Positions 41,830-55,025 of a stretch of 64,000 nt of DNA are shown piece by piece. Source of the stretch: Nemertoderma westbladi. Its lineage: Eukaryota; Animalia; Xenacoelomorpha. Location: assembly GCA_032718475.1 (NCBI GenBank), contig JAUCBJ010001036.1, positions 1 through 64,000 on the forward strand, written 5' to 3'. The notes below the pieces were generated by a model, which saw only the letters and a list, made by a program, of their open reading frames with translations, did not search any database and was not told the origin of the DNA. The position numbers were made by a program, and so were the translations under genes. Within the stretch, counting starts at the first letter, position 1; each line of letters starts with the position of its first letter.

Positions 41830-42780
41830 TAATGCAGTTTGATAACTCTCGGTCATTATGCGAGCCATTAGCCATTCAACCAATTTGATGACCCAACAGA
41901 TGTAAGAAAAGCGCAGGAAGAAGCCACAAAGTAGATAAAGGCAGTGGAAGCAGTCTGGCTAACAGTGAAGCAGGAAGCACTTAAGACAACACTGCCCCAG
42001 AACCAACTACGGCTTCAGGAGCTGACCTCAGAAGAGTGCATTGTCCTGGTTGAACACTCAACCCGTGACGTTACACTGCATGCATCTGAACAAACAGGAG
42101 TTCCATGATGCTTTGTGCCTGCACGACGCAGCCACAACTTCTTGTCCCCGTATGCCAGTGGGATACAATTTTCAGTCAATCATGCTTTGTCGCCCTTCCA
42201 TTCTCTTCCATCACACTTCTTTGCAACCACCCTGACCGAAGTACCTCACAATGTCAGTCACTGTTGAGCCACACTTGTAGCCAGTCACTGGTGAGCAATT
42301 CAGCTATCACTCCACCTCCACTGACCAACAGGCTCGTCTTGACATGTCCTGTTCGGGTTTTTGGGATCTCGTTACCAAAAGACATTCCTTGACGTCTTAG
42401 TATTCAATCCCCTGGCTCAATCGAATGCTACCATGACACTCGAGTCTGCCCACCTACACCACGAGGCTCACAAATGCAACCACTGTGAGGAACAACGAGT
42501 ACATATGATCGAGCTTGCCACCTTCATTCCTTTGATTTTTTCGGCATTTGGTGGACTCTCCCCAACAATGACCCAGTTTATCAAACGCCTTGGAATCCTC
42601 CTGTCAGAGAAGTGCGAGATACCTTATTTGGAGTGCATCCGCTGGTTTGTCGAGAAGTGAGCTTTGCTCTTCTCCAAGCCAGCCTAATGTGCCTCCGAGG
42701 TGTACACTCTGCTCGACATCAACCAGTCTGCTGCGAGGCCTCCATTCTCATGGCAAATTCCGACAATGACGTCTGATTGT
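41830..42780 (+). mobile_element. Degraded CRE-like element related to 14192-15258
   Basis: SWLNTQPVTLH..HLNKQEF.DALCL, KTFLDV.VFNPLA, HHEAHK and FIPLIFSAFGG, with many frameshifts. Confidence 0.85.
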
Positions 42781-43569
42781 TTTAGAGGATACGGAAGTTC
42801 CCATGTTTTCCAACATTAATTAACCTTATCTGGCCTGAGCTATTTTACTACTGCAACATTAACTACCTACTAATTATTTTGTAAATAAATACAATTTTTT
42901 TTGTGTATCTAATTTCCATTATTTATATTTGTAATTAAGCAATAAAAAATAATGCATTGCAATAATGCACTGAGTAAAAAAAGAAATTTCAAGTACTAAG
43001 TCTACGGCAATGTAAACACTGGCCAGATCGAAAAATAGCGCAGTCAATTTTATATACATACTAAAACACCAAGCATTAATATACAGCATGCTAAAGATTT
43101 GGATAAATATTTTCATATGTACTTAATTTTTTTCATACATTTTTCACACACATTTTTTATTATGCGATACAATTTTAGAATAGATTTCAATTAAAAATTA
43201 ATTTTCTTTATATTAATTATTCAATATAAAATGAATTTACATTTATTTATTTTTTAAATTTGGTGCAATTAAAACTAAAATTAGAAACTACAGTACAGGC
43301 CACCAGAAAAAGCAGATTACATCCAATGTGATCACATGTGAACACATTTGTTCAAGTCATCTGATTGGCAGGTTATGGCGAGTTATCTAGCTAACTTGCT
43401 GGGACCGACAAAGGCTTAGTGTGCGGTGCGCCTGTATGTCTGATATCAGGTAGATGAGAGAGCCCACAGGGCGTAACATTGCGAACATGGGCTGTATTGG
43501 TAGAGAGAGAACTACATACAAGACCACATGGAGGTTCATGGAGTGTATCGGAGTGGATGGGTATATACT

Positions 43570-45735
43570 ATATTTACCCTACTGTTAACTTTCGAGAAAA
43601 TATTTTTCACTGTACTTTCTCCTGATAAGCAGTTATCCAATGTGGCGCCTAAATATTTAACTTCCTTTTTATTTTCAATCTTATGTCCATTACTAGTGAC
43701 TTCAAACTTAGTTACCTTCTTTAACTTTCTTTTGGAACCAAACAAAATACTTTCAGTTTTACCGTAGTGAATGGATAGCTTATTATCAACCAACCACTCA
43801 TTACAGGATTCTAGAACTGCACTTAACTTTTGGGAAATATGGATAGGATCTTTATGAGAGAAAATAAGAGCACTGTCGTCGGCATATAAAATGAGTTTAA
43901 AATCGGGATCTATACTACTTATCATATCATTTACAAGGCATACAAAAAGCAGAGGACCTAATATACTACCTTGCGGTACACCACAGGTAATCTCTTGTAC
44001 AGTAGACAGCGATTTGCTAATGACTACAGTTTGACCTCTGTCTGACAGGTAGGACTTGAACCAGTCTATAGAACCTACACCCATCAGGCCTAACTTACCA
44101 AGCAGAATTTCGTGATCTACAGTATCGAAAGCCTTTTGTAGGTCCAACATTACCATACCAGTATATAAACCCTTTGCGTTATTACATCTAATTGTATCAG
44201 TTAAGTTAATAAGGCAGGTGTCTGTAGAATATGATTTACGAAAACCGGACTGAAGTTCATAGATCAGATTTAGCCTACTAAGATGTGCCTCCAGCTGTAG
44301 AAAAACAGAACGTTCTAGAATTTTAGATACAATACTTAAGATACTAACAGGTCTGTAATTACAGGGTTCTACTTTACTATTCTTTTTATACAAAGGAACA
44401 ACCTTAGCTAATTTCAGTTCGTCTGGTACTACATTATCTACGATAGAGTAATTAATAATAAAAGTAATAGGCACTTTAAGTACTTCAGCACCATCCTTAA
44501 GAAAACGGGCAGGTATTAGATCTAGACCGGTACTTTTTGAGGCTGATAGGCTCAGTAGATTTTTAAAAACGAAATCCTCAGAAACGGGTTTTAAAAATAA
44601 CTTTTCTGAATTTTGTAACTTTTCTAAATAAAAATTATTTAGAGTTTCGGACCCTATACTATATTTATTACTTGATAACGGTAATTTCTTAACTAAATTA
44701 GAGGCAACATTAGTAAAATAATTATTAAATAAATTACTAACTAGAGTATGATCATGAATCAGCTCACCGTTATCTTGCAGAACAATATTCGATTTAGATT
44801 TAAGGTTTTTATAACCTAAAGATTTTAGGGTAGACCATAGACTTTTAGGATTATCTTTATTCTCACTTATTTTGTTGTACAAATATTCAGATTTAGCTTT
44901 TTTTATTTCCCGTTGGACAAGGTTTCTATATTTGCAGTAATTATTATAATCAGCTAAAACACGGTATTTCCTAAATTTATACAAATAGTTATCTCTTTCT
45001 CTGATATTACTAAGAATACCCGAGGTCATCCAGGGCTCAGTGCGTTGTTTAAGACTAATTTCTTTAATTGGTGCTACAGTATTAAGTGCCTTTAAAAATA
45101 TATCTTTAAAAACAGTGTACGCAAGGTTAATGTCAGCGGCCTTAAAACAGGGTTCCCAGTCAGAATTAACTAACAAACTTAAAAAGCGTTCCTTGCTGTA
45201 ATTTTTCATAGACCTAACTGTTACTGTTTTATGATCCCCGAAAAAAGATTTTTGTGTCTTTCTTGTGCAAAAAACTATAAAATGATCGCTTAGACCTATA
45301 GGTAAAACCCCAGATTGAGAAATAATATCGGTATTATTACAAAGGATGTGATCTAGTAAAGTAGAAGTTTTACTGGTAATTCTGGTAGAATCTCGAATAA
45401 TTTGTTTTAAACCAAACAAATTTAAAATACTTTGGTACTGCTTACAGATGGGGGATGCTTTGTGATGGTAACAGATATTAAAATCACCTAAGAAATATAT
45501 TTCGCAGTCTGACCTAAGATTACATAAAATTGTATTTTCAAAATTTTGCAAAAAATCTGATTGTTTAGGGGGCCGATATAAAGTACCGATTAAAATAGGT
45601 TTAGTTTTAGGAAGTAAAAGTTCCACCAGTAAAACTTCGTCACAAGTCTCTAAATCTTCCCTACGATTAAAAGCTAAATCACATCGAATGTAAGTACAGA
45701 CACCACCACCGTGTCTGTCCCTATCCTTACGTAAT
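43570..45735 (-). mobile_element. CR1/L2-group LINE ORF2 (APE endonuclease + RT), truncated at both ends
   Basis: Stop-free 696-aa ORF with [59 protein letters not shown] and KYLG. Confidence 0.93.
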
Positions 45736-45829
45736 ATAAACGTAAACGCTTATAAATACGCTTATTTAACAGAATTAATAATTCAAGTGCAAGCAAACTA
45801 ACAGTCAGCCGAAGCCGTAGGCGATAGCT

Positions 45830-46792
45830 GCTACCCGATGGTAGGGGTGGACGCTACTCCTATCCCAAGATTTGCTGCCAGTTATTTAAGTGGTACTCAT
45901 TTTATCGACCCCAGTGGATGAAAGGCTGAGTGGACCCTGGCGGGGCTGAACCTACAACTCAGTTTCTCAGTTTTCTTCAGTCTCTCGTTCACGTATGTTC
46001 AGCATACTTTCATTATATGGGATTACTGAAGAAATTATTGCAGCAATCAGATCAGTATACGATGGTTCGACAACATTTCTGTCTACTGTTGATCTGATAT
46101 GGGGCGTCCTCCAGGGAGAAACAATTGCACCATTCTTGTTCATAATTGTGGTTGACTATGTTCTACGCATGTCCTTAGATCATCATAATGCTGATGGGGT
46201 GATGATAACTCCACCTACTGGCTCCAGAAGTCGATGAAATCCTCCCAAGTACCTAACTGATCTAGACTTTGCTGATGACTTAGGAGTACTCTCAGAATCA
46301 CTAGAGTGAGCCCAATGGCTCCTCAGCTCATTAGAACATGAGGGATGGCACATTCACAAGAATGCTACGCCGGGTTCATTGTGTCAAGTACAATGCACAT
46401 ATCTCCAACCAGACACTATATAACATTGGAGGTGTCTCATTGGTTCCCCCAAGCTTGACACTAGAACAAAATCGCCTCCGCTTTGCAGGACATTGCTTTC
46501 GCCATGAGGACCAGCCAATGCATAATCTTGTACTTTGGCAGCCTCATGGAGTGAATAAGCATGGTGGACAGCCCATGGCGTTCTTGAGACGCATCTTAAA
46601 GGACACTGGCCTTGAAGATGCGGATGATCTAGCAAATGTCATGGGTGATAGCGAGTTGTGGTGGCGCAATTTTGTCGACAAGCCGGCACAGCATTCTTAA
46701 AAAGGCAGCTGAAATGCAGCATGCCGATCCTAGTAGAACCTACAATCAATAGAGTGCAGGCCCGGCGCTCAGCCAACTGAGCTACCCCCACC
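45830..46792 (-). mobile_element. tRNA-derived SINE (Nin-domain-like core) split by an RTE insertion
   Basis: Head GGGGGTAGCTCAGTTGG...GTAGGTTC at 46736-46792. Body CTCAGCCTTTCATCC..GGGGTCGATAAAATGAGTACC at 45890-45935. Confidence 0.7.
45958..46735 (+). mobile_element. RTE LINE family B, 5'-truncated and internally deleted copy
   Basis: GVLQGET.APFLF, DFADD and RLRFAGHC. TAGTA tail; 10-bp duplication GAACCTACAA at 45948-45957 and 46736-46745. Confidence 0.9.
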
Positions 46793-47175
46793 TTCGAAAA
46801 TTCAAGTAACTTGGTGTAATTCGCTCTGTATGCTATGTGGACCGCTGTTCCCACATACAATTTATGCAAAATAATACAAGTGCGTGGTAATATTAATTGT
46901 TAACTATTTGTTGTGGTCACGGTCAGTGTTAATTGATGTTATACATAATACATAATGATGCACATAATGATACATAATACATAATGATAGATGTACATCT
47001 AAAATACTTTAAGTAATATATTCTAATTTATTATTAATTTTTAATATTAATCTTTTGTGCTAGATTGGTATTCAATGAATAATAATTTTAAAGTTGGGAT
47101 GTGTACTACAGAAAAACTGCTAATCCATCTTGCAAAAATAAATTCTTACATTAGGAGTCGAATAGTAATGCTTCA

Positions 47176-47326
47176 CGATATTTTTCAACACCTGATATTT
47201 AACTCTCGATATTTTTCAAGTCTCGATATTTTTACTCTCCATATTTTTACTCTCCACATTTTTACTCTCCATATTTTTGCTCTCGATATTTTTACTCTCG
47301 ATATTTTTCAAGTCTCGATATTTTAC
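47176..47326. repeat. ~15-bp minisatellite (CTCGATATTTTTACT)
   Basis: About nine degenerate units. Confidence 0.8.
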
Positions 47327-50319
47327 ACCATTACCTCTTCCTACTTACCTAATGTATCTTCATCTCTTGCAATTGTATTAATGATGAAACGAGAGAAAGT
47401 CGCCCCAATATTAGATTATTACAACAACATATCCATTGGGTAAGAAAGTGGAGGAGAGCCAGCCCGTCTCTTAATTTTTTAGTTTATATTACGCGATCAA
47501 TTTTCACTCATCTCGTCATGAACCCAACATGTATGTAACCTTTTGTTAAATTTGTTGGCTATGCGTTTGCGGTTGTTTGGGCGGAGTGTGGTAGGCCTAC
47601 ACTTTTCACACTTAAATATTTTGGTTGTGAAATGTTACAGGGCATAGCTATCTGAGATATTTCATTTATATTTTATTATGAGAGGAAGAAGAACATACAA
47701 CGTTATTTACTATGTAACAAAATAATTGTTTTCGGGTTTAACTTGGATGCCTCTCCAAATAGTTGATATACAATTATATTTAAAATTATTTCCATGGTCA
47801 TGGTCATTCACCCGTCTTTAGTTAGAAATTTGTTTGCATGAAAGACAGTTTAGTTTAGTTTTTACTGATTTATTATCTCTTATCTGACTGGGGTAATAAT
47901 AAAGGATAGGATAAATGGAAGCAAGTGTGACAGTAACAAATATTTCCCCGTCACCCTAGCATGTCTTAAGTATAGGATATATCAAAGGGGGAAGTTTGGA
48001 TTCACTGCATAAATGCAGTTCACCAAACTTCCCCCGAATGCACACTGTAACTTCCCCCTTCCCCCAAATATCCACTGTTAAATTAATTTGAGGCGATATA
48101 ATAAGTACAAAATTGTGCGAGTTTTTAATTGTGTGGTCCAATTGTTATTTGATTTCTATTTATTATTTAAAGTGCATTTAATATCACACTGGTTTTTAGA
48201 ATATTATACTATACAACCTTATGTTTTATTAATTTACCCAATCGAAGCCTCATAAAGGCCGGTTATTTGTACGCATATCCCCTAATGCGCTCAGTAAGGT
48301 TCAAACAACATATTAATATGAAAATAAAGTATCTGCAAAGAAAATAACCCAATACTATATAATTTGACCTTATTAAAAAATTTGCACTTTTGCACACTTA
48401 TTTGTACAAATGCACTTTAGCAGATCGTAATGGTGGCTCTTATTTAACAAACTTATGTTTATCCTCTACCGATCTACGATGGTGTATGATCATCAAGTGT
48501 CAGTCGCTAAAAGTGTCAAAAATCCAATTTAATAAATCTGGATTTGCGATTTTGGACCATATTCATGGACATTTTAAGTCACTTTATAGACATAAAAAGT
48601 TAAACAAATGTTACGATTATAGTTAGAAATCATTCCAAACTACATTTTAATCCAAAAAATAACATTCTACGATGAATAGAACTGGAAATAATAGTGTTTG
48701 AAATATCGAAAAATGTTCACTATTTAAGTGCATTTTGCACTAAGTGCACATAAGTCTTTTCCCAAGTTGTATCCTATTTCACACACTACAATCTATCCTC
48801 TATTCAATGAAAAAAGTTTCAGATTAAACGGCCCTGTAGAACCGAAGTTATTTATGTTTAAAAATAGTCACTCGAAAATTTCAAATTCTCTTGGTCACAT
48901 AGTCTAGTGGTTATCAATCACGTTAATGAAACCTAAGTTCGCGGGTTCGAAATCCAATATTGACCTGACCATTCTTAATTTTTTTGCAAAAAAAATTATT
49001 TTTATTTTTTCACTAAAATCGCTCTAACTTCGATTCTGGTGGTCCAAATTCAATAAAATTGGTATATTCTTTGCCGTAATTTTTTTCTTAATCTTTTGAG
49101 AAGGGGTTATTTTTGGCCCCAAAAAAATTTAAAAAAAGGGCCAAAATAACGCGATATTTTTCGACCCTTAAAATTCGTAATTTTAATTATATATGTTAAG
49201 ATAAAAGATAGCGGAGTTAATTTGATACTTTTTACAGGTACTTTTGGCGCAATACGCTAAATTATAATGGAATAGCGATTTGTTAAAAAAAAAAATTTTT
49301 CGTCCCTTTTTATAAATATTATATTTCACACGATCGCCTGCCGCTCCAGTTTTATAATACCTCCGGCGCTGTGATTAACGCTGTTAGATAGATAATTTAA
49401 CGCACTATAAGTCTGTGTAAACAAATCTCCCGTAAGTTAAGTAGTTTTTGAGCTAGACGATTTCCCGCGAAGCAAGTTTGAAGCGCGAAATTATAATTTT
49501 GGCCCTCATTTTTTTAATATCATCCTTGGAGCAAAACCGATAGCATATTTGAATTCCCCGTATGGATATTGACTGTATAGAATGTACCTTAACCAACTAA
49601 AGTTAAAAATAAAAAATTATTCGATAAAAACTACTTTACAAATTCTGGCCCTTTTTGGCCCCTATTGCCGACATATTTTTTGTACCCCCATTCGATAGGA
49701 ACGTAGCCCCAATGGTCTTCTACGAGTTTCATAAAAGAATTAGTGGATTCCTACCCGCGTCGTCGAATTAAACATTTCGGAAATAAGTTTTCCAAAAAAG
49801 ACGGACAAAAACGTACAAATTTACAGCCCCTTTTTCCACCCGAAATTTTAATAAATATCTTACCCCCATTCGATACGAAGGTAGTACCACTCTTCCCCTT
49901 TATAAACGCGTTACTTTCGTCCCCGTACGATTAATATTAGCAGAGTTATAGCTAATCCCGCAAAGTCATTTTGTCCGTTTTTTCAACTTTGACGGACATT
50001 TTCGAAAAAAGGCGTGGTAATCTTTTTTGAAGAAAAAAACGAATTCACTAATTAATCCCTTCTATCGTATCCCGGCGTCGGCTAAGCAATAACCTAGGGT
50101 TTTTTCGAGCCACTGTAGAGCGCCTTTCAAAAAAATTTTAAAATTGTCGAAAAAATGACGGTTTTTTGTCCGCTGTGTCCGTCGAAGGGTTAGATTTAAT
50201 AATGTTAGAGTTGCTAATATCTTAGAATTCCGAGCCGCTCCCCTGGTGAGAAAATAAAAAAATTTGGTCAGTTCCTTCATCGAAAAGTCCCCCAGAATCC
50301 CAAGTTAACCTATATAGTT

Positions 50320-53300
50320 AGCGATGGCCTGCGGCTTTAGGAGCGGCCGCGGTATTCACCTCCCTCATAGCGGCCGCGGCGGTGTTGCGTCAAATGGAGA
50401 AATATTTATCCCACCTAGAATCATAATTTAGACAAAGTCCTAGATAGATATCCCAAAAATATGAAATTCTACTAGGACTGTCCTGCTCCTGCTCCTGCCT
50501 ATATGTCTACCTTGAAAATATGGCCTACAATTAGCAGTGGTGATCTTATTCCAGTCATTAAACTGCAGATCGGGAATAATTTGTGGTTTGATGTAACTGT
50601 GTAATACTTGAAATCATAACCATTGACTGATCCAACAGAACTAGACAAGACCTTAGCCGCAAGCAAAATTGAACATTGAGGTATCATGATTATTATAAAC
50701 GGTATATCATGGTTTCTGCACAGGCCAGCCCAAATGCCCTTCACTAATTTTCAGATATTGACAAATTTTAGATCTAAATGCCATCCTGACGTGCTGGAGA
50801 TTCCGGTGGATGAGGAGGGGCCATTCCAGCTCCAGCGTAAACAACGGCAACGACATATCGTCGGTACCGGTGGTAGTGCAGGAACCGGGGCGTCTGGGGT
50901 TTCTGCTCATAAAACAAAAGCTGCTCCGGCTAACATCTTCGTCTTCCGAGTTCACAAGTCGGTAACTACCGCTGATCTAGTTTCTGATCTCGCTGAATCA
51001 GGTATCACAATCCAGGTCTCAGACATTGAAATAAAGTCCCATAGCGATACCAGATCGAAAAGTTATAAGATATCAGTTCCGCAGTCTGCTTATCAGAAGG
51101 CACTCTCCCCTGAAACGTGGGGAGCGGGGATTTGTGTTTGACCTTGGCGTTATTATAGTAATAACTCGCAGGGGCGCATTGATAATAATACATGATCAGG
51201 GGTCGTGATGTCATTTCATAATCTTTTTGTTATTTAAATTTTAGCATTAGCGTGTATATATTCTAAACTCAATATTATACTAAAATGGCTACCTCAAATC
51301 CTACTGTTGTTAACAATAGTTTTTGTATTTCATCCTACAATAGCACTGGTTTGTCGCCGGATAAACGGGAATTTATAAATATGTTATTATTAGGGAGTGA
51401 CATAGTCTGTTTGCAAGAACACTTTGTGCTAAGAGAGAATAGTTATATAATAAAATCAGCTTTTAGCGACTATCAGTGCATAATACAGCCTGCAACTTAT
51501 CCCGTGAATGAAATCCGTGCAGGCAGGCCATCAGGTGGATTATGTTATATTTTTCGAAATAAATTATCTAAATACATTTCTAGAATAAATGTGAAGAATA
51601 CGCGTTTACAAGCAATACGTTTACATTTACAAAATGATAAACCATTGGTTATTATCAATTCTTATTTTCCGGTTGACTCGCGTGATAATAATATCAGCGA
51701 CGATTTACTTACGACAATAAACGATATTAAAGATATTATTTTATCAGTTAATCAGTGCAATATTCTGCTCACAGGGGATTTTAATGCTGACTTCTGCCGC
51801 ACTACGATGCACTGTAGTTTAATTAATCAAATGATACAAGAATTTCAATTCGATCGCCTTTGGGATTCTTACCCAGTTGACTATACATATACATGTTTTA
51901 GAGAGAATTCAGCATTTCATTCAACGTTGGATCATTTTTTCAGTAATTCACAATTTTGTGAAAATATTTTTGATTCAGGTGTTATTCATACTGGTGTCAA
52001 TTTGTCATTTCATTCCCCAATTTTTCTTAAGTTTAAAGTAAATGTTTCAAATGTGCAATGCGATAGCAATGATAATGATAATGGTAGTAATATAGGTGAA
52101 GGTAATGTAAAATTTAAACGTTCCACTAATGATCAGCAACGTGAATTTATTAACCAATTAACTATCAGATTGAATTCATTAGCAGAACCGCTGCCTATGT
52201 GTACTCAGTGTAATAATATTTTTTGTAATGTTCCAGAACATTTGTTATCTACTGAGAAATATGCCTTAGATATATTGGAAGCTATTGACCAGTGTAGCAG
52301 TAATATTTTACATCGTAGTAATGGAAGTAGGGGATCCCCCTTTAATCATCCTATTATCCCCGGGTGGTCTGAACGGGTGAAACCGTTCAGAGATGATGCT
52401 ATGTTTTAGCATTCCTTATGGGTCTCGGCGGGTTGCCCTAATGTATCACAAAATAGCCACTTATATCATATGCGAAGGGTCTCTCGCGCTCAGTATAAAT
52501 ATGCTGTTCGCCGGGTGAAACGCTCAGCTGATAATGTGCGAAGGGATAAATTAATTGAGGCCTGCTTGTTGAATAATACTGACATCTTTAAGGAAATAAG
52601 GAATCTCCGCTTCTCATCGAATAATGTTAGTTCATCGATCGATGGTTGTACAGACCCGCAGTCTATCGCTGATCGATTTGCGGGAATCTATTCATCTTTG
52701 TATAATCAGCCATACAATTCAGATTTAGAAGCATTGAAGGCACTAATTGATGCCAAGTTGGTAAATTGTACTCTGGACGATGTTCCTCGGGTTTCTCCGG
52801 ATTTTGTTGCTGAGGGTCTCCACAGACTAAAAAGTTCTAAAACAGATGTGACTTTTGGCTTTGATTCTGACTGTCTAATCCATGGTCCTCCTGAACTTTG
52901 TTTTCATCTCAGTAATCTATTTAATTCCTTTTTGACTCACGGATTCGTTCCGCAATTTCTTTTGAATTGTGTTATCATTCCATTGATCAAGGATAAGTTG
53001 GGCGATGATACAGTATCCGGAAATTATAGGGCCATCGCTTTGTCGTCTCTCCTGATTAAATTGTTTGAATGGGTGATGCTACTCGCACAGGCTGATTGTT
53101 TAAAATTAGATGAATTACAGTTTGGGTTTCAACGGGGATCTAGTACCACTCAGTGTACTTGGGCTGCAACTGAGGTAATTAGTTTCTATTCCAGAAATGC
53201 AACTCCAGGGTTTGGCTGTTTGCTTGATCTTTCTAAAGCATTTGATATGGTGGAATGGTGCAAGCTGTTCCTTGAGCTCTTAAAGAAGGGGTTTTCTCCG

Positions 53301-54524
53301 TTTTACATCCGGTCTCTGTTATTTATCTACAATAATCAATCTTGTGTAGTGCGATGGAATAATACGCATTCTGAGTCTTTTACATCGTCCAATGGGGTAC
53401 GCCAAGGGTCTGTTGCCTCGCCAATCTTATTCTGTATCTTACTTGATAAGCTGTTTAGGAAATTAAGAAATTCCAAAGTAGGTTGCTTCGTGGGGTCTGT
53501 ATATTTTGGGGTGGTTGGTTATGCCGATGACCTATTTTTGCTATGTCCGTCCATCGTAGGCCTTCAGCATATGGTTAAATTGTGCGAAGAGTTTGCATCG
53601 GAAAACAAGTTAATATTCAGCACGAATCCGAATCCGGACAAGTCCAAGTCAAAGTGTATAGCTTTCGGGCGGGTCTGGGTTAAGCCTTTAGCGACAATTA
53701 AGTTGAACGGTTCGCCTCTTCCATGGGTTAAGGAGGCGCTGCATCTCGGTAACCTTCTTGACTTTAAAAACTCAATGGAATCTGATATCGTGCGTAAACG
53801 AGGGCAGTTTATAGGCAAATTGAATGCCTTAAGGCAGGAACTATATTTTTCGGACCCGTTTGTGCTTTGCAATGTACAACGTAGTTATTGCACTAGTTTC
53901 TACGGTAGTAACCTGTGAAACCTTTTTTCGCCAACATGTATAAGAATTTTTAGCACCTGGAATGTAAATGTTAGAATGATTTTTGGATTACCATTTAATT
54001 CTCATCGATATATTGTTGAAAACCTAGTGCAGTTTAAACACCCGTGTATTATGCTTTACTCTCGCTTCGTTTCATTTTGTTTATCATTACGTAGGTCTAA
54101 CAAAATGTGCATTCGTTTTCTTGCTAATATATGTTTAGTTGATTGTCGTACCCGGTCTGGGAGAAATTTACGAGAAATAGGAAACATGTGTAACATATTT
54201 AATCTTGAATTGCTGACATCTCGTGCGGTATCTAATCTTACTTATGTACCGTTACTGAACGCAGATAAGTGGCGAGTTAATTTTTGTAGGGAAATTATTT
54301 GGTGCCTAAACAACGGAGGTATTGTAGATGGCTTTACCCGCCAGGAATTGAGTAATATTTTAAATAGTGTATCTTCATCATAATTAATTACCTTCTTAGA
54401 TCTGCAGTACTTAGACATATCATATTATTTTATAATAGTGCTTGTATTATTAACCTATTGTGCTTTGTGTACCCATCTGTATATTTGGTGTACGAAATTA
54501 AATTAAATAAAATAAATAAATAAA
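50320..54524 (+). mobile_element. Near full-length non-LTR retrotransposon (RTE-X-like; ORF1 remnant + APE/RT ORF2)
   Basis: ORF1-like 50686-51141. ORF2 51285-54383 lies in a single frame with two nonsense codons and has SYNSTG, LQEHF, GRPSGGL, GDFNAD, LDHF, NYRAIA, QFGF, LDLSKAFD, GVRQG and YADD. (TAAA)n tail at ~54497-54524. The 5' end is approximate. Confidence 0.92.
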
Positions 54525-54550
54525 TGAAATTTAAATAAATTATATTGCAG

Positions 54551-54748
54551 TTCAGAAATGCTCAACAGTAGCAGGGCCACGACCATATCGGGATTGTGTT
54601 TTTCCATTCAAATATAATGGCACTGAATACACAAATACTTGTCCTGTTGAACCCAATGATCACCCTTGGTGTGCCACAGAAGTTGACAATGATGGAAGTT
54701 TCGTTGTTGGCTCTGGAAATTGGGGAATATGTGCCTGGCAGTGTATTG
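54551..54748 (+). CDS. Internal exon D: fibronectin type II-like module (phase 1 to 1)
   Basis: TTGCAG acceptor and G|GTATGT donor; 198 nt. Encodes (L)QKCSTVAGPRPYRDCVFPFKYNGTEYTNTCPVEPNDHPWCATEVDNDGSFVVGSGNWGICAWQCI, with FN2 signatures C.FPF.Y.G..Y, WCAT and WG.C. Not listed in the ORF track. Confidence 0.9.
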
Positions 54749-55025
54749 GTATGTTAAACATATACAACTGCTGTGTGAGTTGTATATATATGTACGATAA
54801 TAACAAAATCTATTTTTATATTAATAAAAACTAGATATCTATTTATGTACAATAACAACACAATTCATTTTTATTAATTACTAAACTAGATATCCATTTT
54901 TATGTTAATTATAACTAGATTCTCTATCTAGTTTGCATAATTTTTTAGATAAGACTTGTGGATAATTTAATAAATATTGTATAATATGTAGAACAAATAA
55001 ATAAGGGCTATAAAACATGGAAGCA

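Noticed and set aside
43445-43490. GATGAGAGAGCCCACAGGGCGTAAC, resembling a hammerhead stem II
   Set aside because: The core deviates at several invariant positions (no CUGA, GTAA instead of GAAA) and flanking stems are missing.
48890-48960. tRNA gene candidate with A-box- and B-box-like motifs
   Set aside because: No convincing cloverleaf; at most a decayed SINE head.
50320-50400. GC-rich segment with two GCGGCCGC sites near the LINE 5' end, as an HDV-like ribozyme candidate
   Set aside because: I could not build the nested double pseudoknot by eye; only a simple hairpin is supported. A covariance-model search would be needed.
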